Source: Podarcis erhardii (Eukaryota). Taken from it: 64,000 nucleotides of DNA. Each line of letters opens with the position of its first letter. Position 1 is the first letter of the stretch. Below the pieces are notes generated by a model, which had not been told where the DNA came from, searched no databases, and was given only the letters and a program-made list of their open reading frames with translations. Shown in pieces: positions 45,399 through 57,016 of the stretch. The translations under genes and the position numbers were made by a program. Where the stretch lies: NCBI GenBank assembly GCA_964252035.1, contig OZ176211.1. One strand, 5' to 3'.

Positions 45399-47104
45399 TA
45401 TTTTCTTTTTCTTTTTCATTTTTATGACTACAACAATGCAAAACACTCATTCAACAATGCCAACCCTTAAAACAGTTCTCCTCCCTAGATGAGTTACCTT
45501 TTAGCTCAACTAATATTCAGCACATATGGTAGAAAAAGGGTTATCATTTTTTTAAAAAGGAAGCAAGCATAGAGAACTGCAATTCAAAGAGTTTCAGAAA
45601 CACACCAGATACTATTAAATTTAGTGCTAACCTCAGACCCAGCTCTAGATGAAATGGCGCTGCAAGCAAGAAGCAGTTTTTGGCACCTCCATCTGTTAAA
45701 CTTTTGAATAACTTGTTTTCTATTTCATTTGTAGCCCATTTTACAACTTTGAGTCACAGTTAGCATGCATGATTTATCCCAGTCATTTAAGGCAGGTGTT
45801 TGGATGCTAGGTGCTATAATCTGTATTTATCCATGCCATACAAAGTTTTTGTATTATGGGTTTCAGTTGTTGAGTGCATAATAGCCCATGACAGCCCCTA
45901 CAAACTCTGTATTCCAGGTGGATGCCTGGGTCACCTGCCCTAAATTCCATCCTGGCTAGCACCACACATATTAATACTGCATGCTCCTTAAATGTTAAGT
46001 GTAAGAACCCTTCCATACATTTTTTGATATGGTTTTTGAATCATTTTCATAAGATAGTGGCAGTAACTGAAGCATATGTACAGTAGGTGCACAGGGTGAA
46101 CAGTCTTCTTGTATACTGTTTTTGGTCTTGGGCTGTTCATAAAGTTGTAAAATAGATGAATAAATAAATATCAAACCTCTACCCATGAATATTTCTGAAA
46201 GACAATTCATAAGATTAGAACCCTAGACCACTTATCTAGAAGTAAGTCCCATTCATCTCAGTAGGACTTGCTTCTGAGTAGAAATGCATAGAATTGTGAC
46301 AGTGGTGATAAAAATCTTGACTTCTTTGTACATTAATTAATCCCTTTGTTCGCCTATGAAATTACATACCTTCTTAAGTTATGCCTCCGAACAGACTTAG
46401 TTCAGTACAATTCAATACTCATATTTGTGGATACTGCTGTTCTTTAAATAAGTGACAATTAGGTTCAAAAATTGTGCTCTGTTTGCCCATTTTGTCTGTC
46501 ACATTGTCAGTTTTGTTTCAGGCCCTTCCCTCCTGCAGTTCTGCCATCATAAGCAATGAGGGCACATAGAACTGCAAATCTTTGCTGTTTTGAAAATGGC
46601 AGAAAACTGGCGGATCAAAAGTTTAGCCTAGAGGCTGCTGTCAGTTTTCTCAAGGAAATAACTTCATACACTTTCCTGCAACCTATAGGATGGATGTTGC
46701 AGTAGAACAGTCCAAATACTGACAGCAAACTTTGTTGTAAACAAAAGAACTACATGCTCCGCCCCCTGTCCAAGCAGGGTAAATGGAATTTGTATAGTTA
46801 ATACTAGGGCAAAAAAGTGAGAAGGAATACCCCAAATTCACTATAGCCCATTTAATGCGTGTTTTCAAGCAACTGCTTAGTACATGCACAGTAGTGAAAT
46901 AATAGCACAGCTTTGTTTCCAATTTTTGAATAAATATTTGTTTGTGAAGTGGTGGCTTTACTATAGTGATGGCACAATTGAAGGTGGTAGTCATTCCAGA
47001 TCAATTAATCCAGAATTAGAATGTGCTGTTAGGAGCATATGATTACTATTTTACATCTTTTCTGTTTCCAGAAAATGTATTAAGCCATCTTTACTAGCTA
47101 CTAT

Positions 47105-47456
47105 GGGACGCAGGTGGCGCTGTGGGTTAAACCACGGAGCCTAGGACTTGTTGATCAGAAGGTCGGCGGTTCGAATCTCCGTGACGGGGTGAGCTCCTGT
47201 TGCTTGGTCCCTGCTCCTGCCAACCTAGCAGTTCGAAAGCCTGTCAAAGTGCAAGTAGATAAATAGGTACCGCTCTGGCGGGAAGGTAAACGGCGTTTCC
47301 GTGCGCTGCTCTGGTTCACCAGAAGCGGCTTTGTCATGCTGGCCACATGACCTGGAAGCTGTACGCTGGCTCCCTCGGCCAATAAAGTGAGATGAGCGCT
47401 GCAACTTCAGAGTCAGCCATAACTGGACCTAATGGTCAGGGGTCCCTTTACCTTTT
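47105..47456 (+). mobile_element. Sauria (Squam1) SINE, full length
   Basis: gggacgcaggtggcgctgtgggttaaacc...ggttcgaatc...gtccctttacctt; TSD ttactagctactat (47091-104) versus ttactggctactat (47457-70). Confidence 0.93.
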
Positions 47457-47630
47457 TTACTGGCTACTATAAGAAATTCCTCTTAAACTGATAAATTGTT
47501 TATGTGGAGAAGTAGAGGAGGACTTACTGTATTATTTGTTTGTATGCACCATTTGTGAAGATATAAGATTTAGATACTTTGAATCTCTTCTTTCTGGGAA
47601 GGAATATTAGTTCAGTCAGCAAAAAGGATA

Positions 47631-47631
<1 letters not shown>

Positions 47632-47663
<32 letters not shown>
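47632..47663. repeat. (TTAC)n microsatellite
   Basis: Direct observation. Confidence 0.9.
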
Positions 47664-47664
<1 letters not shown>

Positions 47665-50600
47665 CACCAGATTACGAAACTACCAAAACAAGCCAAAAAC
47701 CATTCATTGTTGATAACACAGACATACTGATATTGGTAAATCACTGGTAGTGTGATTTTTAAAATAAAGTAAAATATAAAAAGTGCCCCAATTCAATTCA
47801 CATTGAACCACTTGATGAATTATAATTAGCAGTTTCCCTTTGATGTTATTTGTTCAAGGATGGCTACCAGATACAGTTGGTTGAAGAGGTTGAAAAGTGC
47901 CCCCATTGGTCTTTGGATATTGACATTTCTGATGTCAAGTTTGGTCCATGTATTGTTTTGTGTAGCGGCTGACCTGTTTGTTATTTCTAGAATGCAGAAG
48001 TAAGACTGTTGGTTTTGTTGCAACAGACTAATACACCTTTCTCTCTCTAGACACAAATGAAAATGTTGCTTTTGCATTTACAGTGGTAAGAGGACATTTA
48101 AAAAATGTTATTGGCACATGTAGTTTGTACTAATAATATTTACTGTTTATGTTTGTATATGCCTTTACAAATAAACATGTTTCTGATTTGCATTATGACA
48201 CTAGAACACACTTAAGTCATTTTTCACTTCCAGACACTGGCCTATAATACAAACTTGACAAAGAGTTATAACAGTGGCGGCAATTGATGTTGAGAAGGTA
48301 AACACTGTAACACACTCCAGTCATTATTAGCAACAATATAAGTAGTGGTAGTAGCTGACAATTAATTACTACTGGTCCAGTTTCTTCTGTTAATAACTTC
48401 AGTGAAGAAATATATCCAGCCTTTGGTTTCCACCAACGGCAATTTTAGTACCTGAGATATATGCTCACTAAGCTAGAAGAACATCTCAGCTAGTGTGGCT
48501 AAATGTGTATGGGCTCCTGCGTGGGCCTGAAGAAGTGAACATCTGCCACTACTGGAGGTATTGCTATGAACAGAAGACTGCCTTCCGATAAATGGGCATC
48601 ATGAAGTTTTATAGAGTTGTAACCTCATTGCCTAGTAATTCCATAGACTTCTCTTTACTGCCTTCACACTGCTCAGATTAAATAATAGCTTTATTGTAAT
48701 TGCAGTTCTTATATTCTAATCTCCTTTTGCTCCAAAAGCTCACATTTATTTGCACTGCCATTCGTTAAAGGGCTTGGATCTAAAAGTGCCTTATGCATTT
48801 GTGCTGATTCTAGGTGTGCCCCCTGGAATCCCACCATATGACTGTGCATTTCAGTCATAATAATTGTTGACAGCCCTAAGTGTTGAGAGGAAGAAAGTAC
48901 ACTATCTGCCAGCATCAGATCTGCATTCACATCTGTCATTTCATGTTGTGGGACAGTAAACCACATATATACAGGATCAGGCTTGAAGTCAGAAGGGAAG
49001 CTTGGTTTAAATATTGCAACATCGGCCAGGTTTGTGTGATACCACAGGATCAGTTATTATTTGGATGAAGTAGTCCATGCACCTCCAAAGGCATTATTGT
49101 AGAACCTCTAGGTAAGACATCATGTGACAATGACTTTTGAAGTTACAGTTCCTTTTGTGTGTGGTTTTGCAGTTATTATTTCTCACATTTCCCCCAGTAG
49201 GGAGGATTAGAAGAAAGATGAACTTGATTTCTCTGCAGAATCCCTATCACATCTGTTTGCTTTTGCTGGGGATTTTCTTGTGAGGCCTGTTGGAATAGTA
49301 TTGACCCAAAGATCAACACTTAGGAAGACACAGGTTTAGGTATATTTGACACAAAACATCTTCAGGTTTGAACTATATCTTGAGCCACAGACATGTGGAA
49401 TCACTAGACAACAGTGAGACCTAAACAAAAATGTCCAAACTGGGGGGGGGGGGGACTTCCCAGACCACTCATTTTGACTCTTGAGTATTTACTACACAAG
49501 TGGGACCCACCATGAAATGTTGCAGTGAATGCTCACATTCCAACAAAAGAACCTTTCTTCAGTGTCTTTCAAATGATGCCCCCAAGCACAATACTCAAAT
49601 CTATTTCTCCTCTGATTTTATTTTGGACACAAAATATTCCACATATTTTGGTGGTTTCCCCCCCCCCCCCCACGTTTAGCTTTTTATGAAACTTTTCTTA
49701 CATCCCTGCAAACCTTGCAGTTCCCTCAGACATGTGACCGCATTTCAGCTATATGCCTGTTGACACTCACCACCTGAGTTTGCTGTAACAGGAGTGAAGC
49801 CATTTAATGAAGAGGCATTTTCAAAAAAATACATATATGTTCATAAGGGGGGGGGAATGTGTTTTTAGAATAGTATTCAGTATTCTTGGCTGACTCATGA
49901 CACTGGGATAAGAGGAACAGAGAGTACATTGCTAGCATAATTATAGCTGCCTTTCCTTACAAAGACAAACACTAAGTCCAAATCTTAAGGAAATTGTGGG
50001 AGCCTTCTCACTAGGTACCAGGAGCTCCTCATCAAAGCCTAGAATTACATACTGAAAATCAAGGTGCTCCATGGATGGAACCAGGAGCATCCCAAGCCTA
50101 TGCAACTGACACAGAATGGCAGCAAAAACCCATCCCTTCAAATGTGGACATGCCACAATCCTATGTAAAGCAAGGTTAGAATGTAGGATGGGGTAGGCAT
50201 GGAATCCCCCCCCCCACTAGCCACTCTAACCCTCTTAGATCATCCCCCCAAGTCCTCCCCACCCCTACAGCCAGATTCTGTTAACTTGGGGTGAACCCGC
50301 CTAGGAAAAAAGCACATAGAAGGAAGGCAGAGAAAAAATACATAATCAGAGAATGTTGACCCATATCAGTCCTATTCAGATACAAACAGGCAGGTGTCAG
50401 TGCACTAGATGCACAGCTGCCACCTATTTGTAGCATACAGTCTGCAAATCTTTCCTCATGCTTGTGTTTCTTTTGCAGAGCTATCTATTTTCCAATACAG
50501 ATATATTGCACAATTGTAAAAAAGTGGTGTCCCCCCATCTGTAGAAAGAGGAACACAAGATTTGAGCAAAAACTTCCATATTTTATCAGCAGAAAAACAG

Positions 50601-51179
50601 CAGCTTTTTAGGCACGTTCTTATGGGGAAATGGGAAACCCACCCAAGTTGCAAGAGCTTGTCTCCATTACAGCTGTCCTGCCTCTCATGTAACACAAGCA
50701 AAGGGTCTTAAATGTAGGCAAGAAAGAGATTTTTATTTAGGCCAGCAAGTAGCAGTAGAGGCTTGGCATTGGACATACAGTTCAGGAGTCACAACTCAGG
50801 AGTTCAGGAATTGGACATGTTCAGAACTGGATTGGCACAACTGATCTCCTAACAGCTCCTATGCCCTGCCTGCCAAACTTTTAAAGATGAGGTGTGATGT
50901 GCTCAGTTGCCAGATTCACTCACAAGAATGTCAGGATTGCAAATGCACACTCCTCTGTTGTGGGTAGCACCTGTTTCTAAACAACAATACTGTACTGCAC
51001 TCACTCATCCAGGCTCTTGATCAGTCCATGCTATCTCCAAGTATGTTCTACTCAGAGTAGACCCACTAAAATAAATGAACCTAAGTTAAGCACATCATTA
51101 ATTTCAGTGGGTTTATTCTGAGTGGGACTAGCACTGACTACAACCCACTGTTCTATTCTGCTTTGGTCAGACCTTACCA

Positions 51180-51637
51180 GAAATACTATGTCCAGTCCTT
51201 GGCATCATAGTTTAAGGATATCAGAAAACTGCAAAGTTTTCAGTGGAGGACAACAAAGATGGTGAGGAGCCAAAAGACCAACTCCTGTGAAGAATAGTTG
51301 AAGGAGTTGAATATGTGTAGCCTGGAGATTATTAAGAGATGGTGTGATAGGGCTTCAATATTTGAAGGGCTGTCAGATGATAGAGCAAATTTATTTTCTG
51401 TTACTCCAGATGATAGGGCAAACCCATGGGTTCAAAATACAAGCAAAAAGAATTTAGACAAAACCTTAGAAAGAAGTTCCTGATAGTAGAAGCTGTTCAA
51501 CAGCGGTGGGTACCCTTTTATCACAGGTTTTAAAGCAGAGGGTATACAGCCACCCAACAAGAATCCTGTAATAGTGGGGCTTCCTGCATTGGACAGGGGT
51601 TGGATCTCTGAAGTCACTTCAAATTCTATGATTCTAT
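51180..51637 (+). mobile_element. CR1 LINE 3' fragment
   Basis: tactatgtccagtccttggca...gaaggagttgaatatgtgtagcctggag...agctgttcaacagcggt...ttctatgattct. Confidence 0.8.
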
Positions 51638-51714
51638 AAATTGATTGAGTGTCCTCAAAATTATGGTCAGAATTGTTGCCAATCCTAGCAGTATGGCCAA
51701 AGTGTAGTATTTTG

Positions 51715-52110
51715 CGTTTATTCTTTTCTTTTTAAAATTTTATTTGTAATTTTCATTATTACCATTTCCAAAATCACACTCAAATTCAAGCATATATTTC
51801 CACCATTGATATATTTCTTTTAATAAAAACATTCAATGGCTTCCCTTCTTCCCCTTCCCTGGTTCCTTTAATTTCCCTACCATTCCTGCATATTCTTATA
51901 TATCCATTTAGATCACTTTCTCCCCTCATTCTTCAATGCTGCTGCTGCTGCTGATGTTGATGATGATGTATATTATACTGTGGAATTTACATTAATGCTG
52001 CTAGCATTTTCACTTGTTTACAGTTATTTTCCAAATACTCCACAAAGTTTTTCCACTCCTCCAAATACTCCACAAAGTTTTTCCACTCCTTTTTATATAC
52101 TTGATTTATT
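51715..52110 (-). mobile_element. L1-clade 3' fragment containing a perfect 30-bp tandem duplication (52030-52089)
   Basis: Minus strand encodes KEWKNFVEYLENNCKQVKMLAA, similar to the ORF2 end at 28340-28420; tccaaatactccacaaagtttttccactcc occurs twice in tandem. Confidence 0.65.
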
Positions 52111-53288
52111 GCTCTCTTATTTTACTTGTTAGACCTGCTAACTCAGCATATGTATTTTGCATTTATTATTATCTAAATGCACTGCTTCTTGCCAATAGCA
52201 CGAATGGAAGTTGCATGAACAAATTGTATGAACTAATCCTTGAATCTTGTGATGGGAATTTACTTTTAGAAACACACTCCTGCACGTGGCCTTTGTGCAA
52301 TATATGTATATATCTCCTATATTTGCTGCTTTGCAGACCTTCGGGGTGAGGGGGAAGACCGAGTATGCAGATTTTGTTTATAAGCCCAAACAAAGCCCTA
52401 AGTGTTTGCTACAGTAACCATTATACCCTGCATGGTGCTGAGTACTTAGACACAAGACAACACAAGAAGCCAAGTATGAACGCTTTATCCTTGTATTCAA
52501 TAATTCAGTAAACCCGGCCAGAGGATTTCTCACCAGCTCTTTATTGCAATTCAGCCCAACACTTTCCCCCCTGAAAAGCCATAGGTTTAATAAACACACA
52601 GGGCTTACCCTTGAGCTCAGCATGGATCTTCAGTAAGTACTTTATGACAGATTTGCCACTTTTTTTAAAAAAAGAAGTAGCAGAAATCCCAATTGTTGGA
52701 GCTGATACTTATATCAAAGCTCCTCACCTCTAGGGTTTTATGTGCAACCTCTCAACTCCCAGCCTTGGAAATTGGGGACTGAACACATCAGAAGTGCAGA
52801 GAGAGGGATGAAAAGACAGCTTTCTCTTAAAGAAACTAATCATGGCATTCTATTTAGTTTGTTTATTTTGAGGTTTGTTTGTGTGTGTTTTTTAAAAAAG
52901 CAAAGCAGAAAGAAAACAGCTTTTATTAATAAAAAAATAATCTAATATTAGCTGTTTTTATCACACTTTCCTTTAATCACAGACAAAAAGCCTATAGAAA
53001 ATAATCTTACTTTTTAATGAAAAAGTTATGCATACATGATGCCAGTTTTCATAGGAAGATACTCACCGTTTGGTGCCAGGAGGCAGGTTTTGTACCAGGG
53101 ATATGAGCCCAGGAATGTTGGGTGACTGCTATCTAAAATCTACATTTTATTATTGGCAACATTAATTTACCTAACATTAAACCCCATGGATCCTAGTCAG
53201 GCTTGCTTACTTTTAAGTAGACATATATACTGTAAGTGAACTGCAAATATACTATAAAAGAATGTTTGGAACAGGAAAATAGTACTCC

Positions 53289-53400
53289 ATGTTGTTGTTG
53301 TTGTTGTTGTTGTTGTTTTAATTTATTACCCTTCATTCTAAGGTTCCAGAGTGGGTTACAACAATTAAAACACACTATTAAAAACAGTTTAAAATAACTT
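53289..53400 (-). mobile_element. (TGT)n tail plus short LINE/SINE 3' end (L2-like)
   Basis: (tgt)n followed by tttaatttattaccc...cagagtgggttacaacaattaaaac. Confidence 0.55.
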
Positions 53401-53594
53401 ACATTCACAAAAACAAACACATTGTTTGAAATAGAATGTATTCATTCATATTCCTGCCAATAAGTGTTTCACCTGCATATCTATCTGTATGCTAAATCGA
53501 CATTAAAGGCATAGAAGCCTTACGTTTGACATTTACAAAATATACAACCTCTTAAAATGTAAGAACTCCTTTTAAAAGAACCCTTTCCTTACAG

Positions 53595-53800
53595 CAGAGC
53601 TTTCCAAACTGTGTGTCGCGACAAGTTAGTGTGTTGGCTGCAGTGTGTAGGTGTGTCGCACAAACGCTCCCCGTGCTCCTCCCAGGGCTGGAAAGGGGTT
53701 AGTTTAACTTCTGGTTTGCTAGTAAAACTGGATTACTGTGTCGCAAAATGATGCATCTCTCAAAAGTGTGTCACCAACATGAAAAGTTTGGAAAGCTCTT
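53595..53800. mobile_element. hAT-type MITE
   Basis: TIRs cagagctttccaaact / agtttggaaagctct. Confidence 0.8.
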
Positions 53801-54200
53801 AGAGTCTTGAAAATTTGCCATTGTACTTTCTCCAACCATTTACCCTCTTACAGAGCTATCCTGAACCCTGAGAACTGTGTTGGGGTTGGATACAATGGAA
53901 GCGTCCCTCCACTAGACTCTGCCAGCAGAGCCCCCACTACTGCACAACCACTGCTTAGGACACAATACTATGTCACACTTACACCAGCTAAGCAGCATTA
54001 TGAAGCGGTATGTCATTCTGCCTACACTGATAAAGCTGGATGCTCTGCTGGCAAAGCAGGCAAAGAGAGGGTGGACATGAGTGTGGTGTAGTGATGCCAC
54101 ATCTTAAAGTCCTGCATTACTTCATAAACACCCACAATGGCAGGAAATCCAGTCAAAGGTACATCTCTCAGCAGAGCCAATGGAGGGAACCTTCTTTCCA

Positions 54201-54498
54201 TTGCGGCGCTCATCTGGCTTTATTGGCCGAGGGAGCCGGCATACAGCTTCCGGGTCATGGGTCATGTGGCCAGCATGACTAAGCTGCTTCTGGAGAACCA
54301 GAGCAACGCACGGAAACGCCGTTTACCTTCCTGCTGGAGCAGTACCTATTTATCTACTTGCACTGCGTGCTTTCGAACTGCTAGGTTGGCAGGAGCAGGG
54401 ACTGAGCAACGGGAGCTCACTCCGTCATGGAGATTCGAACCTTTTGATCAGCAAGCCCAAGCGGCACAGTGGTTTAACCCACAGCGCCACCCACATCC
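54201..54498 (-). mobile_element. Sauria (Squam1) SINE lacking its 3' tail
   Basis: Same body as 45031-45398 (ttccgggtcatgtggccagc, ggaaacgccgtttaccttcc, tttcgaactgctagg). Confidence 0.9.
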
Positions 54499-56879
54499 GA
54501 TTTCCATCTAGATAGGTCAATAAAATTGCATGAAAACTAAGCAACAAAGGGTTTCTCCTTCTGAACTCATAATAACAAGGTTCAGGCATAATAGTCAGCC
54601 TGGAATAGATGTCAGAGCAGGAAAATCTACCTACCGACCTGCCTCTTTTAGGGAAAATAGATGATAGATTCATCATCAGTTGTAAATACTCATGTGTTTT
54701 ACCTATGGGGTGGACCACACAGATGTGATATATTTTCCTAAACAAATATGGTCTCTTTTTAGGTAATAGTGTATGCATCATCACTCACAACTGTCACTGA
54801 ATATGTTTAGCTATGAGTATACAGCTGGGCAGACATTATTATTATTTTTAGATAAGAAAAATCACACATGGAAGCTTCCTCTAATTAAAAAAAAACCTAT
54901 GGGATTATTCAGCATTCAGTGATTTTTCTATAACCAAGATACAAGGATCCTTTCTTTGGAGTGTTATAATAAAAACATATGAAAATACTAAGTGGCCATT
55001 AATGCTTCTTGTTTCTCTGCTTCTCTGCCCCTTTTCACCACCCCATAGCATGTGAAATGGCCCTTAGGGCGCATACCTTCACTCTTATATTTTATAATTT
55101 TGCTTCAAGGACTGTCAAACAGGGATACTAAGATCCCACTTCGTGGGATACACTGGAGTGATAAAAACCTACAGAAGTATTTAGCCATTATAGAATTGTA
55201 TTTTATGAACTTTTAATATATGTTGTATGCTGTTGCTAATTTTCAAGCTCTGAGAAGTTTTGCTTCCCCTCAAATGCATATGGTTCTGTTATACATCTCA
55301 CCTGAGGCATTGTAAACCTCACAGAGGCACCTCTGTCTGTCTCTTACTTGGAATGTAACTTAATGATTCACTGTCTTGCTTTGACTAACATGTCAGCTCA
55401 GGGAATGTGCCTCTCATGATGGCAAGAATGGTTTAACCTCTTAGGAACAGCAAATATCCTAACTCCTATGTCACACAATCTACCCAAATGAGAGGAAGAT
55501 ATCTGGCCATTGCATCTCCACAGATCCTTTACCTCCACACAACAGCTGTCATTTCTTACTGCAGAAACAGTCATTTAGGGGCTGGTTTGAGGGGGAAATA
55601 GTCTTCATTAACGGAATGAATTCGGTACATGATTTCAGTATGCTGAACTCTAGTAGTCCTTCATGGAGACTTTTCCCAGAAAGCTGCACAGTTGCATTCC
55701 ATCACCTATCCTTGAAATGTGTGGCTTATGTTGAGTTTCAATAGTTTTAACATATCTATAATGAGAGGCATGCACTTTCTAGCTTTCACTGAGGCTCTGG
55801 GTGTACACGTCTCTTTCCCCCTACACTAACCAGTAAAAAGGGGAGGGGGTAAACATTTTTTGCTCTTCCTCCTTCAGAGCTCTGGATCCATTAGAATCCT
55901 TTGACTTGACAGATGGAGACTGGCTTCTACAATGTTCTCTGATCATTTTACCAGAATCTGTTTGGGTCTTCCAGCTAATGCCATTTATACATCCACTCTG
56001 TACATGCTTCTGTACCAGTTTTCTGACTATCTTGGTATTTTTCGTACATGGCTACTGCCATAAGAAGGTCATTCTTATTTTCATTTATGAAACAAGCCTA
56101 AGGGTTGTTTGTGAATGATCTCTGCTGTAAATAAAATATTCACGGTTCTCTATTTTTAGTACCCTTTGGAAAATGTATTGTGCTCCCTCTGCTGTTTTGA
56201 TGGGAGCACTGAACTGACCAGATGTGCTACAGGAATTCAACAGCATAGGAGGTGTAACATGAAAACCTGTGGGCCGTTTGTTAAATACATCCGTTCACAA
56301 GGATAAATAAAATGAGGTGACAGATTCAGTCGTATATAACAAAAAGAAAATGCTATGAAAGTAAATCTAAAAAGAATTAGTGGAACTGGTGCATGCGTAA
56401 GTGCAAACACACACAAAAACAAATTAAAACATCAGGAGCTAACAAAAAATACACAATGGGTATAATTCCACCAAAGTGAAGCTAGGCTCCATTGTTTTTA
56501 ACTGAAGATTTGAGCATGTGCATGACTCTTTTGTTCTGAAATCATTTGGACAGAAGATCTATTTAATAATACTTGTATAATGGCTAATTGTTAAAGCCTC
56601 TAAGTTGTTTACAAAAAAAAACATAAAATATGTATTAAATTTATCTATAAAAGTCAGAAGTTGAATATAAGTTGGCCTAAAAATGATTCCAGATATAAAG
56701 AAAATCAATAGTTTAAAATGAAAACTATCTATTAAAATACATGTCAGCTTTACATATCTGACTAGGCTAGCCTAAACAAAAAAGGTTTTAGGAGGCACAG
56801 GAAACAATACAATGAGGTGCCTGCCATGTGTGTGTGTAATCAATAAATAACAAATAATTGGATTGAAGTATGGGAGCAC

Positions 56880-57016
56880 CAGGGCTTTTTTTCCAGCCAG
56901 AACTTGCTGGAACTCAGTTCTGGTACCTTTCAGGTGGTCACCATTGCCATTATAAGAGAACATAGGAGGCGTTCATAGTGAGTTCCTGCACCTTTTTTTC
57001 AAGAAAAATAGCACTG
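56880..57016. mobile_element. Short hAT-like MITE
   Basis: Termini cagggctttttttc / gaaaaatagcactg. Confidence 0.65.

Noticed and set aside
52030-52089. 30-bp direct repeat as a CRISPR-like or regulatory array
   Set aside because: Only two adjacent copies with no spacer, inside an L1 remnant in a eukaryotic genome; simple tandem duplication.
53067-53132. Possible 66-nt minus-strand exon (AG...ACG|GTGAGT)
   Set aside because: Good donor but poor polypyrimidine tract, unrecognisable peptide and no partner exons.
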